From: Rubripirellula sp.
Lineage (GTDB): Bacteria; Planctomycetota; Planctomycetia; Pirellulales; Pirellulaceae
Length of the DNA: 64,000 nt
Assembly (NCBI GenBank): GCA_965216875.1
Contig: OZ244207.1
Coordinates: 1,120,001 to 1,184,000, forward strand
Direction: 5' to 3'
The notes under the pieces are model-generated. The model was given only the letters and a program-made list of their open reading frames with translations, did not search any database and was not told where the DNA came from. Below, one piece after another: positions 49,272-60,375 of this stretch. Within the stretch, counting starts at the first letter, position 1; the number at the start of each line of letters is the position of its first letter. The position numbers were made by a program, and so were the translations under genes.

Positions 49272-50050
49272 TTTAAGTCGACTTTGCGCTCGAATCGCTC
49301 CACGCTCTTTGCTCGGCCTTCGTCGTTGGATTCAACGAGCGCTCCGCAAAGACGCACGTCCCCTGTGGCGACATGGAAATGACAGGGCTCAAACGTGCGT
49401 GTCGTGTGAGTGACCCGTTCAATGTCGCGACCGATGATGCTGTAGTACGGGCCGCACATCCCGACGTCACATTGAAAGGCTGTCCCGCCGGGAAGCACGC
49501 AGGTGTCTGCCGTCGGGACGTGAGTGTGCGTTCCAAAGACCGCGGTCACTTTGCCGTCGAGGTACCGACCGATCACTTGTTTGTCGCTCGTTGCCTCGGC
49601 GTGGATGTCGACGAGCACGTGATCGGTTTGGTCGCCAATCTCTTCGAGCGCTCGATCGACCGCGTCAAAGGGACAATCGACGGGCCGCATGTAGACACGT
49701 CCGAGCAGTGAGATGACCGCGATTGGCCCGGCGGGAGTGTCGACCATCGCCCACGTTCTTCCTGAGGCCTGGCTGGGGTAGTTTGCCGGTTTGACGATTC
49801 GCGAGTCTTTTTCGAGCACGCTGACGATTTCTTTGCGACGGTAGATGTGATCGCCCAGCGTGACCGCATCAACACCGACTTCCATCAGACGCTGGAATTG
49901 GCGTGGCATTAGGCCGGAGCCGTCGGATGCGTTTTCTGCGTTGACCACCAATGCGTCAAGCTTCAATTCGTCGCGCAGAGGCTGCGCTTCGCGAAGCACT
50001 GCGCTGTAGCCAGGTTTGCCGACGATGTCGCCGAGGAAGAGAATCCGCAT
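49268..50050 (-). CDS. ymdB: YmdB/TIGR00282 family metallophosphoesterase
   Basis: LFLGDIVG, NAEN, TLGDH, DIHAEATSDK, GTHTHV, DVGMCG. Confidence 0.9.
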   Translation of the reverse strand: MRILFLGDIVGKPGYSAVLREAQPLRDELKLDALVVNAENASDGSGLMPRQFQRLMEVGVDAVTLGDHIYRRKEIVSVLEKDSRIVKPANYPSQASGRTWAMVDTPAGPIAVISLLGRVYMRPVDCPFDAVDRALEEIGDQTDHVLVDIHAEATSDKQVIGRYLDGKVTAVFGTHTHVPTADTCVLPGGTAFQCDVGMCGPYYSIIGRDIERVTHTTRTFEPCHFHVATGDVRLCGALVESNDEGRAKSVERFERKVDLK

Positions 50051-50343
50051 TCGAAATGACGGGTTGGAAAAGGGAATAAGAAGAGAGTGTGAAGCAGTGT
50101 AGGGGATGGCAGGCGGTTGGGCGACGCCGTTTGGGGGACTATACGAAAGTAGTGCCCAACTGGGGGAGATGAACTTTGGTCGACTAAAATGTGTCTGTTT
50201 CCCGCTCGGTTTCACGCCAAGAATCAGCCCGCGAGCAATCGCGGGGCAAGATCACCGTTGACCCCTGAAGGTCGTTTATCGAGAATCGGACCGAGTCTTC
50301 GTATATTGCCATAATTGCCCTCCGTTCCCCAATCCGACTGCGA

Positions 50344-51621
50344 ATGTCCACCACTGTCACCGAAGCCAACTTGGAATCCTATTGCCGCGAAACCGCCGAG
50401 GCGGCCAAGGAGGCTTCGTATGAATTGGCAATGCTGGACGCAAGCGTCAAGAACGCTTGGCTCGATGCGTCAGCCGCTGCGTTGATCGAAGCGACCGATG
50501 CCATTTTGGAAGCCAATGCGAAAGACATCGAGATGGCGCCCCAGTACGGTTTGACCGATGCGATGGTCGATCGGCTGAGACTTGATCCGGAACGCATCAA
50601 GGGGATCGCCCAGGCGCTGAACGAAATTGCACTTCTGCCGGACCCCGTTGGCGAAGTGATGGATGGGTTCACACGACCGGGTGGTTTGCAGATTCAAAAG
50701 AAACGCGTGCCGCTTGGCGTTGTGTTTTTCATCTATGAGAGCCGGCCAAACGTTACCGCCGATGCGGCTGCGATCTGCGTCAAGAGTGGCAACGCCGTCA
50801 TCCTGAGAGGTGGCAAAGAGGCGATCCACAGCAGTCAAGCGATCGTCAATGTTCTGAGTGCGACCGCAAAACAATACGGTGTTCCCGAAGCGGCCGTGCA
50901 GCTTGTGGCGACCACCGACCGAGCCGCGGTTGGGCAATTCTTGGAAATGAACGATCTGATTGACGTCACGATCCCACGAGGTGGCGAGGGCCTAATTCGC
51001 CGCGTCACTGCCGACGCGACCATGCCCGTGATCAAACACTACGACGGCAACTGTCACGTGTACGTTGACCAATCCGCCGACGTGGCGATGGCTGCGACCG
51101 TGATTGAAAATGCGAAGTGCCAACGGATGGGCGTCTGCAACGCGTGCGAATCGCTTCTGGTACACAAAGCGATCGCTGCCGACGCATTGCCAGCGATCGC
51201 CGCCAAGCTACGCGAGCAAGGGATCGAGATGCGTGGTGACGATCAAGTCACTTCGATCCTGGATGACGCACTACCCGCGACCGACGAAGATTGGTCCGCT
51301 GAATACCTTGGTCCGACGATCAGCATCGCGGTTGTCGATTCGTTGCAGGACGCTGCGAAACACATCAACCGATATGGTTCCCACCACACCGATGCGATTG
51401 TGACGGCTGACCTAAAGGCCGCCGATCAATTCACGCGGTTGGTGGACAGTTCGGCGGTCATGGTCAACGCGAGCACGCGGTTCAACGACGGCGGTGTGTT
51501 TGGCCTCGGAGCCGAGATCGGCATTTCAACGGATAAATTTCACGCTCGCGGGCCATGCGGTTTGCGCGAGTTGACGACGTACAAGTTCATTGTTCACGGG
51601 GACGGTCACGTACGTAGCTAG
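50344..51621 (+). CDS. proA: Gamma-glutamyl phosphate reductase
   Basis: [55 protein letters not shown]. Confidence 0.96.
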   Translation: MSTTVTEANLESYCRETAEAAKEASYELAMLDASVKNAWLDASAAALIEATDAILEANAKDIEMAPQYGLTDAMVDRLRLDPERIKGIAQALNEIALLPDPVGEVMDGFTRPGGLQIQKKRVPLGVVFFIYESRPNVTADAAAICVKSGNAVILRGGKEAIHSSQAIVNVLSATAKQYGVPEAAVQLVATTDRAAVGQFLEMNDLIDVTIPRGGEGLIRRVTADATMPVIKHYDGNCHVYVDQSADVAMAATVIENAKCQRMGVCNACESLLVHKAIAADALPAIAAKLREQGIEMRGDDQVTSILDDALPATDEDWSAEYLGPTISIAVVDSLQDAAKHINRYGSHHTDAIVTADLKAADQFTRLVDSSAVMVNASTRFNDGGVFGLGAEIGISTDKFHARGPCGLRELTTYKFIVHGDGHVRS

Positions 51622-51676
51622 TCTGCACAAGAGCGTACGGCCGCCAATCCAAGGATAGGGGAGCGGGACAAAGGAT

Positions 51677-52726
51677 ATGTCCGAAGAATCACTTAGCCAG
51701 AACCAGGTCGAAAGTCTGCTCAAGGCGATGGAATCGGTCGAGGGTGCGCCACCCAAGCCCGATCCGCCCAAGTTTTCGGCTGAAAAAAGCCCAACCGCCC
51801 AGCGGGCGCCCAGCAGCATTGCACCGGCCGGCAGCCGAGTCACCGCATACGACTTCAAACGGCCTGAGCGGGTCGGTAAGGACCAAATGCGGGCGATGCA
51901 CTCGTTGCACGAAGCACTCGCCCGGAACTTTGGCGCGTCGATCTCGGGCATGCTGCGGACGATGATCGAAGTCAAACTGCTTAGCGTCGATCAATTGACC
52001 TACAGCGAGTTCGTTTTTAGCCTGGACAATCCCAGTTACTTCAACGTGCTCAAGCCCGCGCCGCTTGAAGGCAACTGGATCCTGGACATCGCACCGACGC
52101 TATCGTACGCAGTGATTGACCGTATGCTCGGGGGCGATCCCAATCCGAACGATACGGTGCGTCGGCCGCTCACGGAAATCGAAAACCGTTTGATGGGGCG
52201 TGTCGTCGAAATCTTCCTGACGCAATTGCATAGCGCCTGGGAGAACATCATCGATCTGGAGCTTGAAGTGGAAAGCGTCGAAAGCAATCCACAGCTCGTA
52301 CAGATCGTTCCGCCCAACGAAGTCGTGATCCTGGTTGGCTTCGAAGTTTTGCTGGGCAAGAATCGCGGGATGATGAATCTTTGTATTCCGTTCAACACGA
52401 TCGAGAATTTCAACTCACAGTTGTCACGCAACGGATGGGTCGGTTACGGCAAAGGCAAACCGACTGAGGAGAGTCGCGAACAAATCAGTTCCAACATCGA
52501 TCAGGCTCCGGTCGACATTGTCGTGACCCTTGCACGATCAACGATTCGCACCCGTGACCTGCTTGATCTTTCGGTGGGCGATGTGATCACGACCGAAAAG
52601 GAAGTGACTGAACCTTTGGAATTAGCGGTGCAAGACGTGCACAAGTTTGACGCGCGAGCTGGCGCGTTCAAAGGAAAGAAAGCCGTGCAGATCGAAACGA
52701 TCGTCGAGAACCCAAAGAAGGGTTAA
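51677..52726 (+). CDS. fliM: Flagellar motor switch protein FliM
   Basis: LSQNQVESLL (CheY-binding), YDFKRPER, ESNPQLVQIV, MNLCIP, C-terminal SpoA domain. Confidence 0.93.
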   Translation: MSEESLSQNQVESLLKAMESVEGAPPKPDPPKFSAEKSPTAQRAPSSIAPAGSRVTAYDFKRPERVGKDQMRAMHSLHEALARNFGASISGMLRTMIEVKLLSVDQLTYSEFVFSLDNPSYFNVLKPAPLEGNWILDIAPTLSYAVIDRMLGGDPNPNDTVRRPLTEIENRLMGRVVEIFLTQLHSAWENIIDLELEVESVESNPQLVQIVPPNEVVILVGFEVLLGKNRGMMNLCIPFNTIENFNSQLSRNGWVGYGKGKPTEESREQISSNIDQAPVDIVVTLARSTIRTRDLLDLSVGDVITTEKEVTEPLELAVQDVHKFDARAGAFKGKKAVQIETIVENPKKG

Positions 52727-52873
52727 TGTGGCACGGATGACCTTTCGGTGAAGGTCGGGCGACGAACAATCGTCGAGATTGAGAAAGTCGATGCGACGCT
52801 AGCTTGTAGATGAGTCCACAAGCTAGCGCCCAAGCGACAATGCGTGATTGCAATGATCTCGCTGGCAAACGCC

Positions 52874-53191
52874 TTAGATCATTTCCTTGAGGCCCTTGAG
52901 CGGGCGAATCGCGAGCTTCTTGGTAGCTGGCTTTGGCTTCAGCCAGATTTCCGAACCGTCGGCTGGGTTGCGGCCCTTACGCTTCGGCTTGGCGGGAACG
53001 TCCTTGAGGACGATCTTGCAAAGTCCGGGGATTGCGAACTGACCAGGACCGCCCTTGGCCAACGCTTTGGCGATTTCCTCGGCCAAAGCATCAAACACAG
53101 CTGCGACATCCTTTTTGGACAGCTCGGTTTCTTCCGCGATGTTGGCCAGGATCTGAGTCTTGGTCGGAGCCTTTAGCGGAGCTTTTGCCAT
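52874..53191 (-). CDS. HU family DNA-binding protein
   Basis: TKTQILANIAE..LSKKDV, IPGLCK, RKGRNPADG, KPA..LKEMI. Confidence 0.9.
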   Translation of the reverse strand: MAKAPLKAPTKTQILANIAEETELSKKDVAAVFDALAEEIAKALAKGGPGQFAIPGLCKIVLKDVPAKPKRKGRNPADGSEIWLKPKPATKKLAIRPLKGLKEMI

Positions 53192-53611
53192 TTTGCGACA
53201 ACCTTTTTTCGTTGAGTTTGTAAGTGAATTCTGGGCCTGCGGCATCGATGCCCATCAATGGTATGGGCAAAGTGTTATGTGCGTGGCGTAATCCATGCAA
53301 CCCGGCTTAGGCCAAAAAAGCCCACGTTTTTCGGGGTTTTTTGCTCAAAACGCACTCTTCGCACCTCGGCTCGGCGCTACGAGGGCCTCTAGGAGGCGTC
53401 TTGCCGCGGTCGGACGGCACCTTCATCACCCCCTGTAACTGCCGTGGTCGTCGTCGCTGGGGGCGTTTCTGCGTTGCTACTGAGCAGATTTTCGCGGCCG
53501 TTTTCGCAATCGTTCGTGCTGGTCAAACGAAAAAAGTCGCCGCGATTTGCGACGACTTTTATACGGTTAAAAAATGGAAAAACGGGCGCCACTGGCCACG
53601 CCAAAATCGGA

Positions 53612-56600
53612 TCAATCGATGTTCGACGCCAACACTTCATCGATGGCCAATGCATCGAGTTGTTTTTCATCTTCCAGATCGTCGGCACTCGATTGGGCAA
53701 CCGAAAGTTGGGGAGCGACATCGGTGAGCGCGGTGTCGACCGAATCGGCCACGCCAACCTTCTCTTCCGAGTTCTCACCAAGCCACAGGTCGCCCGAGTT
53801 CGTTGGCAGCACGACAGCATCGGATCGCGAGTTGCCGTCATCGGTCACGGGGACAAAGACATCGGCAACCGAGGTGCTCTGCACGACCAGTTCGCCCTCA
53901 GGCTGTCGTTCGCCGACCGTGATTTCAGGCGTTGTGCCTGAGGCTGCTGCACTCGGGTTCGGCGCTGGAACGAATTGCGATTCAATGAACTCGGGGGAAG
54001 CATTGGTCGAAGGCGTTGTCACCGCTTCGAAGGACACGTCGTCATCTTCAACGCTGACCCGGTAGAGTTTCGCACCATTCGCTTCGCCACGCAGTTGAAC
54101 GCGTGAATCGGAAGTCGGAATTGTCGCTTGGATGTCATCGCCGGCATCGTCTTTGCCGCGGATGACAATGTTCTCGCCAGACGGGTCAAGTGAAACGGCC
54201 GGTTCGGAAACCGTGTCCGTTGCCTCGGTCGGTTCGGCAAACAATTGATCGCCACTATCGTTGACAGCGACAAGGATCGATTTGGTTGGCGTCGAACCGA
54301 GGAAGTCTTGCAACGTGATGTATCGTGGCAGCAGCGAACCGAGGTCGGTATCGATCGTCATGTCGCCGTCGTCGGCTTCACTGACCACTGGAATCGACTG
54401 GGCAGTTTGCGCTTTCGCTAAGAACGGAATCGCTGGGATTTCGAGTGTGTATGACCCAGGAAGTAGGTCTTCGAAGCGACCCGCACTGCTGTCATAAACC
54501 AGTGGCAGATCAACCGAATCACCAAGATCGTTGGTGCCTCGTAGGCGGATGCCGTCAACCGGTGTAAAGGAATCAGGGAAGTCAACGACAATGTTTCGTA
54601 CCGTGAAGTCGGTGACGTCGACGGTCACAGTCGCGGTGCTGACCGAACCTTGAGTTCCGTCGTGGATTTCGACCGTGAAGGTGTCCGTTCCTGTGAAGTC
54701 GCCCGAAGGTGGTGTGTAGAAGATGCGCTGTGTGGTTGCATCGATGCGGACCGTACCACCTGCGGATGTCGTTCCTAGATTCTCAAACGTGAGCGTTTCG
54801 CCGGCGTCAACGTTTTGCGGCAGATCCGCAAGGCTGAAGACTTCCGTTTCACCACTTGCGCGATTGACCGTTCGATCGGGGTTCGTGACCGGCGGTGCGT
54901 CATTGATTGCGTTGACCGTGAAGGTCACGGTGCCGACCGAAAGTCCACCACCGGTGTCGCGAATGGTGTAAGGAACGGTCGCTGTGCCGTTGAAGTCGGC
55001 TGCAGGCGTGTAGAAGAACTGCGTGCCATCGTTGCTGATCCGAGCGGTGCCGCCATCACTTGGCGTGCCCACGGAGTCGATGACAAAGGTTTGGTCGTCG
55101 ACGTCACGGTCGTCGTTCGTTGTGACGTCGAACTCGGCTTCGGCATCGTCTTCGTCGATCGTGAATGCATCGTCGTTTGCCGTCGGAGGATTGTCGGCCG
55201 GGGCAACGGTGACGGTGACCGTGGTTTGTTGTTCGAGTGCTCCGTCGCTGACGGTGTACGTGAACGTCTCGGTGCCTGTGAATCCTGAAGCCGGTGTGTA
55301 ACTGATGTCGGCGCCGTTGTTGGTGATCGTGACCGTACCACCTTGGTCGGTCGTGCCAACGGAGACCACGGTCAGCGTGTCGGCATCGATGTCGGAATCG
55401 TTATCAAGCACATCGAGCGTGTTGCCGGTGGAGTCTTGGTCGACGTTGAATGTGTCCGCAACGGCGACTGGCGAATCGTTGACGGGAGTGACCGAGACCG
55501 TCACGGTTGCGTCTTCCTGAATCCCATTGGTGTCGGAAACACGGTAGGTGAAGGTCAGGTCGCCGTTAAAGTCGGCACTTGGTGTGAATTTGACTTCACC
55601 GCCATCGAGGACGACGTTGCCGCCGGTGGTTGGCTGAGTCACCGAGACGACGCTTAGTGAAACATTGCTTCCCGCGACGATCGCATCATTGGCCAAGACG
55701 TTGAAGGTCGTTTCGCCGGAGTCTTCAGCGACGTCAAAGGTGTCGTCGGCGATGACGAAACTTTGGCCAACGGCGAGCGAGGCGCTACCGTATTCGATCT
55801 GGTCGGAAGTGACCAAGTCATCCAGGCCATACAGCAAGACTTCGCTGTCAACTTCATCCGCGGGTTCGCTGCGAATGTTGACAGATCCTGTACCGAGGGC
55901 TTCGAAGCGTACTGTCGCAATCAAGCTCTCTTCTTCGGCACTCGCGACGGTGCGATCCGACGCCGCACCGAGTTCGTTGATCAAGCCCGATGAGAAGGCG
56001 CCTTTGTTGACCGCTGGGAAGCGGTCAGCGTAGTCGATGGACGATCCTTGGACGGGACGTACAAGGCTGCTGTCAAACAAGATGTCCGCGAATGCCGCGA
56101 AGACCCCGTCACGTTGGAAAGAGAATTCACGTAGGTCGACGCCGATGAAGTTCATCAAGAACTCTTGTCCGACGGCGATGGAATCGATGGGCGTTCCCTG
56201 CAGGTCGGTCAATTCAATCTTGATGCCAACCAGCGGTTCGTTGGCGACATCGATACTGAAGTTCTCGGTGCGTGTGTTGCCGGCAAGGTCTGTCACTTCC
56301 AGAACAAACGCGTTCGTTCCCGCTTGGCTGGAGGTTGGCGTCCACGTGATCACACCGGTCGTTGGGTCGACCACGGCGCCGGTGGGCGAGGTCGTGAACG
56401 CATAGGTCAGGCCGCTGCCTTCTTCGCTGTTGATCAAGTCGGTTTCAAACGCACGGCCGACATTGGCTTGCGATGGAATCGTCGAGATCACCGAATCCGG
56501 GTCGGTCGAATCGTAGACAACGGTCAGACGAGCGGTCGAGATTTCGCTAGTGCTCGAGCCATCGCGTTGCCGGGCGGCGATTTCGTAGGTTCCGTCGCCG

Positions 56601-58432
56601 AGTGCGGCTAGGTTTGCAGTGGTGATCGTCGCGGTCGTTCCCGAAGCGAGTCCGGTTCCGATGACCGTGTTGCTGCCGGCCAACAAGAGTTCGACCGTCG
56701 CGCCATCGTCGACACCGGTCACCGTGAAGGTAAGGCTGCCAGCCGAGGTGACGTTGTCGATGTTGCTCGAGCCCGTGTCGCTTCCGGTTTCGAGATCGAT
56801 ACCGGTCGGCTGAGACAGGACGCCGCCCGAGAATGTGAAGGCGACGATTTGCGAGTCAAAGTCATTCGACGGCGTGGTTGGCTCGACACCGACTTGCACA
56901 TTGATGACTCCTTCGAAGCCAGCCGCCGGTGTGACGGTCACCAAGCCGGTGGTTGGGTTCACCGTCGCCGTTCCGCTTGCGGGACTCGACACCGATTGTG
57001 CGAAATAGCGAACGGCATCCCCTTCAACATCGATGCTGCTCAGTTGCAGGGTGGCTGGTGTGTCGTTGGGGAACGCAGCAGGGTCGGCGATCTCGTTCAA
57101 GAACGGCTGTGTGTTTGCATTGTCGGCGACAACATTCAACTGGAACGTTTCGTTGTGTGTGTTGCCATCTTGATCGCGAACCGTCACGGTCACGTTGGTC
57201 GAACCGGTCCGCAGTCCTCGCATCATGATCACTGAGTTCTCGGTGTCGTTGAAGACATCGATCGACTCGATCACCACGTCGTTATCAGGACGCTGAGAGG
57301 AACCGGCATTGCGCGACTCGGGAGTGCTTGTTGAACTGATCGCTTCCCGAACGTCTTCCCCCTCGACCAGTTGACCAAAGATCGAGTGGTTGCCATCGAG
57401 GAACCGTGCGGGGCCTTCGGTGACGAAGAACTGCGAGTTGTTTGTGTCGTCGCTCGATTTGGCAAACGACAAGACCCCGGATCGATTGTGTTGTAGGTCG
57501 GGATGGAATTGGTCGTCAAAGTTGCCCAGGTTCGATCCGCTCGTTCCCGTTCCCGTTGGGTCACCGGCCTGAATCACAAAGTCAGAAGTGACTCGGTGAA
57601 AGATGATTCCGTTGTAAAAGTCAGCGTCGGCCAGGTCGGCGACACGCTCGCTCGGTCGCGGTGCGCGTTGCTCGAACAATTCAAAGACCATGTCGCCATA
57701 GCCGGCCATGTTGATCCGAATCGATCGATTTCCTGACAGCACCGTCGCTTCTGCGATCGTTGGATCGTCGATCGAAACGGTGACCGTCAGTGGGCCGCCA
57801 TTGGGGTCGTAAGCGTCAACGGGTATGTGAAACGGCGATTCGAGTCGAATCGTTGTGTCGCCAATCGTCTCAAAGGTTGGGTCTTCACTTTCTGGGATCG
57901 CCACACCACTGCGTTGGCTCAACTCCTGGAGCGAGAGAACTCCTGTTTCGCGGCTCTGGTCGGGAAAGACCCACGTCGGGAACTGCGTGATGTTGTTGGC
58001 CGAGCCGATCGAGTTGAGCGTTCGATCCGGATTGGTCACCTCGATGAAGGGCAAGTTGTCTTTGCCGTCCGCAAAAAGTTCCTTTTGCTCGGTACAGGCG
58101 GGGCACCAGTGCGCACCGAAGAACTGAGTTCCCGAATCAGTCAGTCGCTTGGCGAATTCGACCAAGTCAGGAGCCGCTTCTCCTTCGGCCTGGCGAGTGC
58201 TTTGCAAGATGTTGGTTTCGGCAGCCGTCGATTGATCAGCAACGTCGCTGGTGCCGTCGGTGAATAGCAATTCGACGTCGCCAGCCAGCATTTGCCGCGA
58301 TTCCAGTGTTTCCAGCAGCAAACTTCCTCGCTGAGGATCATTTTCCTGGCGTTTTTCGCCAATGATGGAATCCAACAAGCGGCGGAAATGCGAACGCGAG
58401 GATGGGGAAGGTTGCTTGGGGGAAGAAGGCAT
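53612..58432 (-). CDS. Large secreted protein: thioredoxin-like, cyclophilin PPIase and cadherin/Ig (tandem-95/Big) repeat domains
   Basis: Planctomycete export motif LETLESRQMLA, WCPAC, FYNGIIFHRV..FVIQAGDP..SQFFVT, and repeated YTP..F.G..TF.Y.V.D units. Confidence 0.88.
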   Translation of the reverse strand: MPSSPKQPSPSSRSHFRRLLDSIIGEKRQENDPQRGSLLLETLESRQMLAGDVELLFTDGTSDVADQSTAAETNILQSTRQAEGEAAPDLVEFAKRLTDSGTQFFGAHWCPACTEQKELFADGKDNLPFIEVTNPDRTLNSIGSANNITQFPTWVFPDQSRETGVLSLQELSQRSGVAIPESEDPTFETIGDTTIRLESPFHIPVDAYDPNGGPLTVTVSIDDPTIAEATVLSGNRSIRINMAGYGDMVFELFEQRAPRPSERVADLADADFYNGIIFHRVTSDFVIQAGDPTGTGTSGSNLGNFDDQFHPDLQHNRSGVLSFAKSSDDTNNSQFFVTEGPARFLDGNHSIFGQLVEGEDVREAISSTSTPESRNAGSSQRPDNDVVIESIDVFNDTENSVIMMRGLRTGSTNVTVTVRDQDGNTHNETFQLNVVADNANTQPFLNEIADPAAFPNDTPATLQLSSIDVEGDAVRYFAQSVSSPASGTATVNPTTGLVTVTPAAGFEGVINVQVGVEPTTPSNDFDSQIVAFTFSGGVLSQPTGIDLETGSDTGSSNIDNVTSAGSLTFTVTGVDDGATVELLLAGSNTVIGTGLASGTTATITTANLAALGDGTYEIAARQRDGSSTSEISTARLTVVYDSTDPDSVISTIPSQANVGRAFETDLINSEEGSGLTYAFTTSPTGAVVDPTTGVITWTPTSSQAGTNAFVLEVTDLAGNTRTENFSIDVANEPLVGIKIELTDLQGTPIDSIAVGQEFLMNFIGVDLREFSFQRDGVFAAFADILFDSSLVRPVQGSSIDYADRFPAVNKGAFSSGLINELGAASDRTVASAEEESLIATVRFEALGTGSVNIRSEPADEVDSEVLLYGLDDLVTSDQIEYGSASLAVGQSFVIADDTFDVAEDSGETTFNVLANDAIVAGSNVSLSVVSVTQPTTGGNVVLDGGEVKFTPSADFNGDLTFTYRVSDTNGIQEDATVTVSVTPVNDSPVAVADTFNVDQDSTGNTLDVLDNDSDIDADTLTVVSVGTTDQGGTVTITNNGADISYTPASGFTGTETFTYTVSDGALEQQTTVTVTVAPADNPPTANDDAFTIDEDDAEAEFDVTTNDDRDVDDQTFVIDSVGTPSDGGTARISNDGTQFFYTPAADFNGTATVPYTIRDTGGGLSVGTVTFTVNAINDAPPVTNPDRTVNRASGETEVFSLADLPQNVDAGETLTFENLGTTSAGGTVRIDATTQRIFYTPPSGDFTGTDTFTVEIHDGTQGSVSTATVTVDVTDFTVRNIVVDFPDSFTPVDGIRLRGTNDLGDSVDLPLVYDSSAGRFEDLLPGSYTLEIPAIPFLAKAQTAQSIPVVSEADDGDMTIDTDLGSLLPRYITLQDFLGSTPTKSILVAVNDSGDQLFAEPTEATDTVSEPAVSLDPSGENIVIRGKDDAGDDIQATIPTSDSRVQLRGEANGAKLYRVSVEDDDVSFEAVTTPSTNASPEFIESQFVPAPNPSAAASGTTPEITVGERQPEGELVVQSTSVADVFVPVTDDGNSRSDAVVLPTNSGDLWLGENSEEKVGVADSVDTALTDVAPQLSVAQSSADDLEDEKQLDALAIDEVLASNID

Positions 58433-59075
58433 TAGTGGGTCTCGGGGTCTCTGTCGGGAAATGCTTTCTGCTTTTTGGCGGAATCACGCCACCGGCCACG
58501 ATGAACGAGCCAGAACTCTGCCATCGTCATAGGGTCGGCATGAAAAGACGTCGGGACGAAAATATTCCGTACAACCCGCACGGCTTAACAGGACGGAAAA
58601 GACAGGCCAATCACACACCTTTTCGTGCTCAGAACTGCCCTTTGTCACCCTTTGCAGGCAAAAGCGGCCATTTCACCGCCAAGGCGAAAGTGCGACATCT
58701 GCCCCATCCGCGAGATTTCACAACCCTGAAACTTCGCTGTCGCTGTCAACTGCGTCATTCCAGTGTCCCCTCGGCCAGATCGGGTGGTCAGTCGTGAGAC
58801 GCGTGCAAATTAATGCGTGTTCCCCCCAATATAGCCAGAGTTGCTGATTTCCCCGGTTCGGTAATCCAAAACCTCTAGAGAGACCTGCGGGAGTGACACG
58901 GTTGGGCCGTCTGTCCCACTTTTAATAGCCTGGGCCCAATTTCATGTTTCGCGAAATCAACAGCTCACGCTATTGCGATTGGCCCGGAAGAGGGGCAACG
59001 CAGGGGCGAGGCGACGTCCGTGGGCCGCTTTTCTGTTCTAAGGAGGCCCGTTTCTTTTCGGGAGGATCGTTTCTT

Positions 59076-59297
59076 CTACGGAGGATCGTAGCCACTTCCG
59101 CCAAAGGGATTACACCGCAGGATGCGTTTGGCTGCGCGCCAGCCACCGCGAATCGGCCCATCTTTGCGGATCACTTCGATCGCATATTGGCTGCAGGTCG
59201 GTGTGTACCGGCAACTCGCCGGAAGCATCGGGCTGATCCCGATTTGATAGAAGCGAACCAGTTTGATCATCACCCAAGCGATAGATCGACGGATCAT
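59076..59297 (-). CDS. yidD: Membrane protein insertion efficiency factor
   Basis: [18 protein letters not shown]...[12 protein letters not shown]. Confidence 0.92.
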   Translation of the reverse strand: MIRRSIAWVMIKLVRFYQIGISPMLPASCRYTPTCSQYAIEVIRKDGPIRGGWRAAKRILRCNPFGGSGYDPP

Positions 59298-59532
59298 GTT
59301 TGTCCCTTCGCTCACACCCATTGCCGCGCCTCCACCAACATAATCGCCGCCGGCGACTTTTCGCCATGCCCGTGCATTCAGCACCTCTTCGTAGGTCATG
59401 CTCCGCATGACGGTCATGTAAGGCCCGACGCTAGCGCGTTCGGCTCACGTGGTGATCGATTGTCATACAATCACGAGACGGAGTTTTTTGTTGAGAAGAC
59501 CGCAGCGGCGGTACGGTGTCTCGATCGCTTGG

Positions 59533-60375
59533 ATGAATCAAATGACCGCTCTGACTGACCAGCAGTTGTCTGACTACCGGCGTGATGGCTATCTCTTTGA
59601 GCGGCATCTGTTTTCGGCTGATGAGATTGCGGCTCTCGCCGAGACGGCTCGCAATGATCATGCGATGGACAAGGCGTCGGCCTTACGTGACGACGGTTTG
59701 GGAAACGACGTCCGCTTGTCGCTTTGGAATCATCCGGGTGAGGGAATCTATGGCATGTTCGCCCGATGTTGCCGGATGGTTGATCGCGTCGAGTCGATCC
59801 TGGGCGATGAGGCCTATCACTACCATTCGAAAATGATCTTGAAAGACGCCAAGGTGGGTGGCGCTTGGGCTTGGCACCAAGACTATGGCTACTGGTACCA
59901 AAACGGTTTGCTCTATCCCAATCTCTGCAGCGTCATGATTGCGGTCGACGATGCGACGATCGAAAACGGGTGCCTTCAAGTGCTCAAAGCATCGCATCAC
60001 ATGGGGCGAGTCAACCATGTCCTCTCAGGTGACCAAGCCGGTGCGGACATGGAGCGGGTGACGGAAGCGAAGAAGTCTCTTGAGCTCGTGCACTGCGAGA
60101 TGAAAGCGGGCGACGTGCTTTTCTTTCACGCGAACCTTTTGCACTGTTCGGCAGCCAACCACTCCGATCATGCTCGATGGGCGCTGATCTGCTGCTACAA
60201 CGCCAGGTCGAACAACCCCTACAAAGAGTCGCATCACCCGGCCTACACGAAGCTTGACAAAGTTGATGATTCGAAGGTGCTGGCAATTGGACGCGACGAC
60301 GCGCGGCGGTCGTCGGTGCAATTCGCGGATCTTGTGAACCGCGATCGTAGCGCCAAGAGCTTGGCCGAAGAGTGA
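59533..60375 (+). CDS. Phytanoyl-CoA dioxygenase (PhyH) family 2OG-Fe(II) hydroxylase
   Basis: WHQD (HxD), ENGCLQV..SH, GDVLFFHANLLHCS..N..R. Confidence 0.88.
   Translation: MNQMTALTDQQLSDYRRDGYLFERHLFSADEIAALAETARNDHAMDKASALRDDGLGNDVRLSLWNHPGEGIYGMFARCCRMVDRVESILGDEAYHYHSKMILKDAKVGGAWAWHQDYGYWYQNGLLYPNLCSVMIAVDDATIENGCLQVLKASHHMGRVNHVLSGDQAGADMERVTEAKKSLELVHCEMKAGDVLFFHANLLHCSAANHSDHARWALICCYNARSNNPYKESHHPAYTKLDKVDDSKVLAIGRDDARRSSVQFADLVNRDRSAKSLAEE

Noticed and set aside
50051..50343. 6S RNA upstream of ymdB
   Set aside because: No long closing stem with a central bubble is evident; the region is better explained as divergent ymdB/proA promoters.
59533..60375. Ectoine hydroxylase ectD
   Set aside because: It has WHQDYGYW rather than the EctD signature WHSDFETWH, and no ectABC genes are nearby.
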